Below, in pieces: positions 52,307 to 59,411 of a stretch of 64,000 nt of DNA. How positions within the stretch are numbered: the stretch's first letter is position 1; each line of letters opens with the position of its first letter. The notes beneath the pieces are model-generated. The model saw only the letters and a program-made list of their open reading frames with translations. It did no database searches and was not told where the DNA came from. The DNA comes from Ignavibacteriales bacterium (lineage in GTDB: Bacteria > Bacteroidota > Ignavibacteria > UBA10030 > UBA6906), in the NCBI GenBank assembly GCA_037441705.1, contig JBBIRR010000012.1:1-64000 (forward strand), read 5' to 3'. Made by a program: the position numbers and the translations under genes.

Positions 52307-53470
52307 ATGGCCATCTTCATCTTAGCTGTAATCACATTTATCATCGCTGATCTTCTGCTACGCTACGGGCTGAAGACGTGGAAGGAACGAAAAATTCGGC
52401 GGGAGCGCGAAGAAGCGCTGCAAACGAGCCTGCGCCTCGACTTCAGTCGTGAGGCGAAGACGCTCAAGCGAGTGACCGTTGAGCACCCGAAGGCACGCAT
52501 CCTGTGTGTCGATGACGAAGAAGTCGTCCTCGACAGCTTTCGAAAAATCCTTGTGCTCGATGGCTACTCCGTTGATACAGTGATGTCGGGGAAAGAAGCG
52601 CTCGGCCTCATCCAATCACATCATTATGACTTTGTCTTTACGGACCTGAAAATGCCGGAGATGTCCGGTGAAGAGGTGACCAAAGCGGTGAAGCACCTCA
52701 GGCCCGATATTGATGTCATCATCATCACGGGCTACGCGACCGTGGAGTCTGCCGTCGAGTGCATGAAATATGGCGCGATGGATTACATCCAGAAGCCGTT
52801 TACGGAAGATGAGCTGCTCGACATGACCCGGAAGTTCGTCATTCGCCGGAACGAGCGCATCAAGAAGGAGTTGAAGCCGCGCGTGCACGTCACGCATCTG
52901 CCGAAAGCAGAAGGGCTTCTCGAATCGGAGTTTGCGATTCCCGGCGGCGTCTTCATCTCCGAGGGGCACACGTGGGCTTGCATGGACGAGGACGGCACGG
53001 TGAAAGTGGGGCTGGATGATTTTGCCAAGAAGTTCATCGGCAGGATTGATGATCTTGAAATGCCGAATCTGGGTATGACGGTGAAGAAGGGACAGCCGCT
53101 GTTCTACGTCAAGCAAGGCTACCGCACGATTCCCTTCAGCAGTCCCGTCAGCGGGCGCGTTGCGAAAGTGAACGCCGCGCTGAAGGGAGATTTGAAAGCA
53201 TTGGATGTGACGCCGTACGGCGACAATTGGGTCTGCGTCATTGATGCCGACCATCTCGACGATGAAATCCCGAAGTTGAAGATCGGGAAAGCGGCGGTTT
53301 CGTTCTACCACGACGAACTTGAGCATGCCCACAAGTACGTTCATCGCGCGGCCGGCAACGGCCAGGACGGAAGCGGCAACGGCTCGTCCGAAGCATTCAA
53401 GTCCGGAGAGCTTGAAAAGCTGAATGACAGAGAGTGGGATGAGGCAGTGGCGGAGTTTTTTAAGCGGTGA
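52307..53470 (+). CDS. Membrane-anchored response regulator, TM-REC-GcvH-like
   Basis: N-terminal hydrophobic helix; VDDE, TDLKMP, TGYA, QKPF; SEGHTW, GLDDFA, SPVSG, PYGDNW. Confidence 0.88.
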   Translation: MAIFILAVITFIIADLLLRYGLKTWKERKIRREREEALQTSLRLDFSREAKTLKRVTVEHPKARILCVDDEEVVLDSFRKILVLDGYSVDTVMSGKEALGLIQSHHYDFVFTDLKMPEMSGEEVTKAVKHLRPDIDVIIITGYATVESAVECMKYGAMDYIQKPFTEDELLDMTRKFVIRRNERIKKELKPRVHVTHLPKAEGLLESEFAIPGGVFISEGHTWACMDEDGTVKVGLDDFAKKFIGRIDDLEMPNLGMTVKKGQPLFYVKQGYRTIPFSSPVSGRVAKVNAALKGDLKALDVTPYGDNWVCVIDADHLDDEIPKLKIGKAAVSFYHDELEHAHKYVHRAAGNGQDGSGNGSSEAFKSGELEKLNDREWDEAVAEFFKR

Positions 53471-53471
53471 T

Positions 53472-53532
53472 GTAGGTCGAATCTCCAGATTCGACCCCTT
53501 AGGCCCGGAGCCGAGAGAGAGTCTCGCACTAC
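53472..53532. repeat. REP-like inverted doublet (GTAG...CTAC)
   Basis: GTAG + GTCGAATCT-cc-AGATTCGAC hairpin; second hairpin CGAGA-gagag-TCTCG followed by CACTAC. Confidence 0.45.
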
Positions 53533-53551
53533 AAAGAAGGAACATACCACC

Positions 53552-54418
53552 ATGAACCGAAGAACCTTTGTACGAACGATCGGCGCGGCGGGGGCTTCAG
53601 CTCTTCCGATATGTGTCGGACGCGCAGAGCAGGAAACACCTCCGAAGGAGTTCGTCGGTGTTCTCGTAGATACGACTCGCTGCGTGGGATGCCGGAGCTG
53701 TGAGATGACATGCGCCGAAGTGCATGGATTTCCGCAGCCCGATCCCGACGAGGCGGTGTTCGCGAAGGAACGATCGCCCTCGACAACGCAGTGGACGCTC
53801 GTCAATCGTTACAACACCGACAAGGGCGAGGTATTTGCCAAGAAGCAATGCATGCACTGCAACCAGCCGGCATGCGCATCCGCCTGTCTCACGAAGGCAA
53901 TGCTGAAAACGGAAGAAGGTCCCGTCATCTGGCGTGAGCCGAAATGCATGGGGTGTCGCTTCTGCATGATCTCCTGTCCGTTCGACGTGCCGAAATTCGA
54001 ATACGACAGTCCGATGCCCCGGATTCAGAAGTGTACGCTATGCTGGGAGCGGTTGCAGGAGGGCGAGCAACCTGCATGCGTGGAAGCGTGTCCGGCCGAA
54101 GCGCTGCAATTTGGTAAGCGTCGTGAGTTGATCGAAGAAGCGCGGCGGCGCATCGTCGAAAATCCGGAAGAGTATGTACACCACATCTATGGCGAGCATG
54201 AAGCCGGCGGAACATCGTACATGTACCTCTCGAAAGTTCCGTTCGAACAACTCGGCTTCCGCACGGACCTCGATACGACTTCGTATCCCGAACTGAGCAA
54301 GGACTATCTCTACGCCGTACCAATTGTGTTGACACTCTGGCCGGCATTTCTGCTCGCGCTGAGCAACGCCACGAAGAAGGAAGGCGAACCGGGCGAAGGA
54401 GGAGGTGGCGATGAATAA
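53552..54418 (+). CDS. HybA/HmcB/NrfC-type Tat-exported 4x[4Fe-4S] subunit (copy 2)
   Basis: MNRRTF Tat motif; CVGCRSC, CMHCNQPAC, CMGCRFC, CTLC...PAC; YGEHEAGGTS shared with copy 1. Confidence 0.9.
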   Translation: MNRRTFVRTIGAAGASALPICVGRAEQETPPKEFVGVLVDTTRCVGCRSCEMTCAEVHGFPQPDPDEAVFAKERSPSTTQWTLVNRYNTDKGEVFAKKQCMHCNQPACASACLTKAMLKTEEGPVIWREPKCMGCRFCMISCPFDVPKFEYDSPMPRIQKCTLCWERLQEGEQPACVEACPAEALQFGKRRELIEEARRRIVENPEEYVHHIYGEHEAGGTSYMYLSKVPFEQLGFRTDLDTTSYPELSKDYLYAVPIVLTLWPAFLLALSNATKKEGEPGEGGGGDE

Positions 54419-55703
54419 GGACAGTCACGCTCTGGCACTTGTTGCAAGCGAAGCCAGACGCTTCGCAACCTTCATCCTTCAGGAGTTGAAGCCGAAGGGG
54501 AAACTCCTGACGCCGTTCAACATCTTTGCCGCGGTGGTTCTCCTGGTGGCTGCGGTTCTCCTGTTCATTCGCTTCACGAAGGGACTCGCCTACGCCACCA
54601 ACCTGTCGCAGGATTTCCCGTGGGGGATCTGGATCGGGTTCGACGTCATCACAGGCGTTGCATTTGCCGGAGGTGCGTACGTCATCACCTTCATGGTGTA
54701 CGTGCTGCGGTTGGAGAAGTATCATCCGATCGTTCGGATAACTGTTCTGAATGGTTTTCTCGCGTACGTGTTCTATGCGGGCGCGCTGCTGTTCGATCTC
54801 GGTCGTCCGTGGAATGTCATCAACCCTATCATCGGGAATGACTTCGGCGTCAGCTCCGTCATGTTCCTTGTCGCGTGGCACTTTATGCTCTACATGATCA
54901 CGGAGTTCATCGAGTTCTCCCCCGCCATCGCCGAGTGGCTCGGTTGGAAGCGCATTCGTAAGTTCCTCGGCTCACTCACACTCGGCGCGGTGATTCTTGG
55001 CATTACGCTTTCAACCCTCCACCAGTCGGGACTCGGTGCCCTTTTTCTGATGGCGAAGAACAAGATTCATCCCCTCTGGTACACGGAGTTCATTCCGATT
55101 CTGTTCTTTGTATCGAGCATCTTCGCCGGTTTATCCATGGTGATCTTCGAGGGCACCATCAGCCGTCGGGTGTTCCGCTCGCAGATCAGCCCTGCTCATC
55201 ACGCTGCCCACGACGATATCGTTATCGGGCTTGCACGCGTGTGCGCCGGAACGATGTACGTGTACTTCTTCCTGAAGCTGCTCGTTTTCGTTCATGGTCA
55301 GCATTGGGAGTACATCAACACGCCGATGGGATACTGGTTCCTCGTGGAGATGATCGGGTTCGTACTGATACCGGTACGGCTCTTCACGCGTGCAGTTCAG
55401 TTCGGTAATCTCACCCTCGTTCGCATTGCTGCAGTACTGACCTTGATCGGAATTGTGCTGAACCGGCTGAACGTGTCGGTCATCGCCTACAAGTGGTACG
55501 CCACCGAACACTACGTTCCGTCGTGGATGGAAATTGAAATCACGCTGGCGGTGGTTGTGGCGGAGATCCTGGTCCTTCGCTGGGTCGTGAATCGGATGCC
55601 GATTCTACGAGAGCCGCCAGAGTGGGCAACGGACAGAAGAGGAGGAGAGAAGATACAGTTTTATGTTCGAAAGGAGGAAAAGCAATGGGCAACAACTACG
55701 TAG
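54411..55703 (+). CDS. HybB/HmcC/NrfD-family integral membrane subunit (copy 2)
   Basis: PWGIWIGFD, DLGRPW, STLHQSGLG, LNRLN, PSWME; GGAGG before ATG 54411. Confidence 0.9.
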   Translation: MNKDSHALALVASEARRFATFILQELKPKGKLLTPFNIFAAVVLLVAAVLLFIRFTKGLAYATNLSQDFPWGIWIGFDVITGVAFAGGAYVITFMVYVLRLEKYHPIVRITVLNGFLAYVFYAGALLFDLGRPWNVINPIIGNDFGVSSVMFLVAWHFMLYMITEFIEFSPAIAEWLGWKRIRKFLGSLTLGAVILGITLSTLHQSGLGALFLMAKNKIHPLWYTEFIPILFFVSSIFAGLSMVIFEGTISRRVFRSQISPAHHAAHDDIVIGLARVCAGTMYVYFFLKLLVFVHGQHWEYINTPMGYWFLVEMIGFVLIPVRLFTRAVQFGNLTLVRIAAVLTLIGIVLNRLNVSVIAYKWYATEHYVPSWMEIEITLAVVVAEILVLRWVVNRMPILREPPEWATDRRGGEKIQFYVRKEEKQWATTT

Positions 55704-56368
55704 ATCTCTTTGCGACCAAGGGGCTGGAGTACATCCTGGTCATCGCATTTCTCTTCACGCTTGTCGTGTTCTGGAGATTCCTGAATAGACAGCGGCGTCC
55801 GGCCGTAAGCAATCCAGGAAAGCCCTCACGCCTCGAGTGGTTCACGCTGGGAGATCATCTTTACTACCATCAGGGTCACACGTGGGCTAATCCCGAAGGA
55901 GCGTATGCTGCGCGGGTCGGCATTGACGACTTCGCACAAAAGTTGGTGGGAAAGATGGATTCTATTGAGCTTCCTCCTGTCGGCGCTCATCTCTTTCAGG
56001 GAGAAGTCGGGTGGAAGCTCCGTGTGGGCGACAAGGTCATTGAACTCCTCTCGCCCGTGGAAGGTGAAGTGGTCGCGATTAACGAAGAGGCGAAGAAGTC
56101 CCCTGAGCTGCTCAACCGCGATCCCTACGGCAGAGGTTGGCTCATGCTGGTCAAGCTGTCTTCGATGAGAGGCAACTTGAGGAATCTGCTTTCGGGCGCG
56201 CTCGCCGGAGCGTGGATGGAACAAACCGTTGAGCAACTTCGTCGGCGGATATCGGGCAATCTCGGCATTGCCCTTCAGGATGGTGGCGTTCCCGTGACGG
56301 GAATTGCCAAGAGTATTTCACCGGAGAAATGGGATGAGGTGGCGAAGGAGTTTCTGCTGACGAAATAG
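55685..56368 (+). CDS. Membrane-anchored glycine cleavage H-like protein (no canonical lipoyl motif)
   Basis: AAGGAGG SD; DLFATKGLEY + TM; HQGHTW, GIDDFAQ, SPVEG, DPYGRGWL. Confidence 0.82.
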   Translation: MGNNYVDLFATKGLEYILVIAFLFTLVVFWRFLNRQRRPAVSNPGKPSRLEWFTLGDHLYYHQGHTWANPEGAYAARVGIDDFAQKLVGKMDSIELPPVGAHLFQGEVGWKLRVGDKVIELLSPVEGEVVAINEEAKKSPELLNRDPYGRGWLMLVKLSSMRGNLRNLLSGALAGAWMEQTVEQLRRRISGNLGIALQDGGVPVTGIAKSISPEKWDEVAKEFLLTK

Positions 56369-56428
56369 TTGATTCCTGTCAGTTACTGCGATGAATTCCG
56401 GGAAATTCTTCGCCGCCATTACGCGGCA

Positions 56429-57829
56429 TCATTCCTCGAAGATCTTTCCCGGATTCAGAATGTTATGCGGATCGAACGTCCGTTTGATTTCTCTCATCAA
56501 CTTCAGATCAACGGGGGAGAGGGCAATGGGGAGATAGGCTTTCTGAGAGTAGCCGATGCCGTGCTCACCCGAAATCGTTCCGCCCAACGAAACGGTGAGG
56601 TGGAAGATCTCGCGGATGGCAGTATCCAGGTGTCTTGCCCATGCTGCGTCATCCATCTTGTCCTTCAGGATGTTCACGTGGACGTTGCCGTCGCCTGCAT
56701 GTCCGTAACAGATGGAGGTGATGCCGTACTTTCCGCAGATGTCCTTCACGCCGCGGATGAGTTTCGGCAGTGCGGCGCGTGGGACAACGGTATCTTCTTC
56801 TTTGTAGGTCGAAATCTTCTTGACCGCTTCGCCCATGCTTCTGCGCAGCGCCCACACGTCTTCGATCTTCTGGCGATCTTCGGCAAGAAGAACGTCAAGC
56901 GCGTGATGCTGTTCGACGACATCCGCAATCACTTCAATGTCTCTGACGAGAGTTTCGTCGTAGTTGCCGTCAACTTCGATCAAGAGCTGCGCTTCGGCTT
57001 CTCCGTTCGGGAACTTCTTGCCTAACTGTGTCTCTGCTGCGCGCACGGCTGCGCGCTCCATGAACTCGAGCGCCGACGGCGTGACGCCGCGTTGAAAGAT
57101 GGTTGCCACGGAGGCTACGGCGTCTTCGAGTGAGCTGAAGGCCACGAGCAAGACTTTCCTCGCGCGTGGGAGCGGAATGAGTCGGAAGATGATTTTGGTG
57201 ATGACACCGAGCGTCCCCTCGCTTCCGATGAGGAGTTGCGTCAGGTTGTACCCGCTCACGTTCTTGAGCACGTGGCCGCCCGTGTTGATGATCTCTCCGG
57301 TGGGCAGGACGGCTTCGAGACCGAGAACGTAATCCTTTGTCACGCCGTACTTTACAGCCCTCGGCCCTCCGGCACATTCTGCAAGGTTGCCTCCGAGCTG
57401 AGAACTACCGCGTGAGGACGGATCCGGAGGATAGTACAGCCCACGCTTCTCACACTCCTCTTGAAATACCTGTGTGATGACGCCCGGCTCGACCACCGCC
57501 TGAAAATTCTTTTCATCGATCTCGATGATTCGCTTGAAGCGCTCCATCGAAAGCACAATGCCGCCGTACACGGGAAGCGCGCCGCCGGAGAGTCCCGTGC
57601 CGCCGCCGCGCGGCGTGACGGGGATGCGATGCGAGTTCGCGAGCTTCAGGATTTCTGCAACCTCCCCTACAGTCGAAGGCTTGACGATGGCTTCCGGCGG
57701 GAAGGAGAAGTCCTCCGTCTCATCGCGGCTGTGGAGTGCCTTTGCGTCTTCGTCGGTAAGAACAGCCTCTTCACCGACAATCTCGGCAAGTCGGTTGAGG
57801 AGCGCAGGAGTAAGTTTGTTGTACTGCAT
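56429..57829 (-). CDS. GlcD/D-lactate dehydrogenase-like FAD-linked oxidoreductase
   Basis: PRGGGTGLSGG, YPPDPSS, GSEGTLG, GHAGDGNVH, SGEHGIG, DP..ILNPGK; start taken at ATG 57829. Confidence 0.9.
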   Translation of the reverse strand: MQYNKLTPALLNRLAEIVGEEAVLTDEDAKALHSRDETEDFSFPPEAIVKPSTVGEVAEILKLANSHRIPVTPRGGGTGLSGGALPVYGGIVLSMERFKRIIEIDEKNFQAVVEPGVITQVFQEECEKRGLYYPPDPSSRGSSQLGGNLAECAGGPRAVKYGVTKDYVLGLEAVLPTGEIINTGGHVLKNVSGYNLTQLLIGSEGTLGVITKIIFRLIPLPRARKVLLVAFSSLEDAVASVATIFQRGVTPSALEFMERAAVRAAETQLGKKFPNGEAEAQLLIEVDGNYDETLVRDIEVIADVVEQHHALDVLLAEDRQKIEDVWALRRSMGEAVKKISTYKEEDTVVPRAALPKLIRGVKDICGKYGITSICYGHAGDGNVHVNILKDKMDDAAWARHLDTAIREIFHLTVSLGGTISGEHGIGYSQKAYLPIALSPVDLKLMREIKRTFDPHNILNPGKIFEE

Positions 57830-57902
57830 GGGATTGTTGTTTGGACAAATGTACGAAGTTTCTTGCAAAGGGAAAACCGCACGAGTGGGCGTGGGTGGAC
57901 GT

Positions 57903-58658
57903 TCAGATGCTCTCAAGGCGGGCAATAACCTCGGCAACCGAGCCACGCTCGCCAAGCCGAATGCAGTTGGTAATGGTTCCGACGACAGGCCCGGGGTGCT
58001 GGATGGATCGCCCGATGGAGGCGACGGCTTCATCGAGGGTTGCAATGGCAGAAGCCTTTGCCGGTTCATCAAGAAACGCAAGATGTTGGGCCGTAAGCCA
58101 TGCACTGCGCCGCGCAACGCCGATGCTGAAGTTGATCACTTCCTCATCGTTCCTTCCGCCAATCCAATCTAACAACTTTAACATAGGCCAGACGTTCGTA
58201 AGGGCGGATTGGACGGTATCAACAAGTGAAGCGAGAATCCGATTGATCTTCTCGAAGTCGTTCTTCAAACCGTGAATCGTCTGGCCCGGTGCCGTCTCTG
58301 CTGCGGCAATGCCCAGGTCAAGATTGATGTGTGCGTTGATGCCGAGGAGAAGATGCTGAAGGACGATCGCCCACCGATCGTCGGATGCAGTGAAGGCAAC
58401 GTGCCACGCCCTTGTCACCGGAGTGCCGGCGCGATATGACTCGAACGCGCGAAGGTAGCGGTTGGCGAAGAGGACATCGAGGCGTTCCATGCGCGGCCCG
58501 TTCTCGAATGAATTCTTGCCGATTCCTTCTTTCACCTGCTGCGTGACCTTGCGATATAACGCGGGAAAGTAGCCGAGCCGGCTGCCGCACTCACGAGACC
58601 AGGCAATGATCTCGTCGAGCTGCTGGATGACCTCGTCTATTGTTCGTGCTTCGGGCAC
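57903..58658 (-). CDS. DUF5995-family protein
   Basis: GYFPALY..VT, LDV.FA..Y, LLGINAHINLDL, DF..IN. Confidence 0.75.
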   Translation of the reverse strand: MPEARTIDEVIQQLDEIIAWSRECGSRLGYFPALYRKVTQQVKEGIGKNSFENGPRMERLDVLFANRYLRAFESYRAGTPVTRAWHVAFTASDDRWAIVLQHLLLGINAHINLDLGIAAAETAPGQTIHGLKNDFEKINRILASLVDTVQSALTNVWPMLKLLDWIGGRNDEEVINFSIGVARRSAWLTAQHLAFLDEPAKASAIATLDEAVASIGRSIQHPGPVVGTITNCIRLGERGSVAEVIARLESI

Positions 58659-58667
58659 AGAGGGCCG

Positions 58668-59384
58668 TTACTCTTGTTGAGGGGCCGACTCCGGCAGTTT
58701 CACGGAGGGCGGATCGTAGCCGACAACGGAACCCGCACGAATGCGGGCAAGGAACGGTGAGACCGTTGCACCGGGCAGCGTACGTACATTGTCTTCGATC
58801 TTGATCATGCCGATGCCCGTACCCGCGCCGATGGTGCAGTTGGAGCCGATCTCCACAAGTCCGTAGCGAAACTTGCCGCACCCTTCATACGCGTGGCAGG
58901 TAATGCGCGTGAACGCGCCGAGCAGCGTGTTGTCGCCGATGAAGATGAGTTCGGGGCGGAAATGATCAAGCCACGCCATCTGCATAATCTCCACGTTGCG
59001 TCCGATGTGGCATCCCATCCACCGATACCATCGGTTCTTGAACGGCGTGCCCTTCATGAAGAACGAAACGCCGACTTGAAACTGGACAAGGATTCTTCGC
59101 CACAACGGAAGATTGATCTTCCGCCAATTGATGGCGTTCGGCTCTTCGGGAGCGCCCAGACCCGAGAAGGTGTAGTGACGCGCGGGCGAAGCAAAGAACT
59201 TCTCAAGGTTTGTTCTTCCTTCAGCCGTTCGCGGATCGAGTGTGCTGATGTCAATCCCCTTGCCTTTCGCCGTCTTGCTGATAAAGATCGTTCGCCTGTT
59301 TCGTCGGGCAAGTTTCAGCGCGCGCAGAATCATATCGGTGGTTACCTTGCGCATTACCTCCTCGGGTGTCTGTGCATGAGTCAT
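58668..59384 (-). CDS. Hexapeptide-repeat (left-handed beta helix) acyltransferase-like protein
   Basis: KN.WYR.MG..IG, PELIFIGDNTLLG...ITCH, VEIGSNCTIGAG. Confidence 0.7.
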   Translation of the reverse strand: MTHAQTPEEVMRKVTTDMILRALKLARRNRRTIFISKTAKGKGIDISTLDPRTAEGRTNLEKFFASPARHYTFSGLGAPEEPNAINWRKINLPLWRRILVQFQVGVSFFMKGTPFKNRWYRWMGCHIGRNVEIMQMAWLDHFRPELIFIGDNTLLGAFTRITCHAYEGCGKFRYGLVEIGSNCTIGAGTGIGMIKIEDNVRTLPGATVSPFLARIRAGSVVGYDPPSVKLPESAPQQE

Positions 59385-59411
59385 GAGGCGGTGTCTTTCA
59401 TGTGAGTGCTC

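Noticed and set aside
45562-56368. Calling the cluster a glycine cleavage system, hydrogenase-2 (hyb) operon or sHdr-LbpA system
   Set aside because: No gcvP/T/L, NiFe subunits, maturases or hdr genes, and the H-like domains lack the canonical lipoyl motif.
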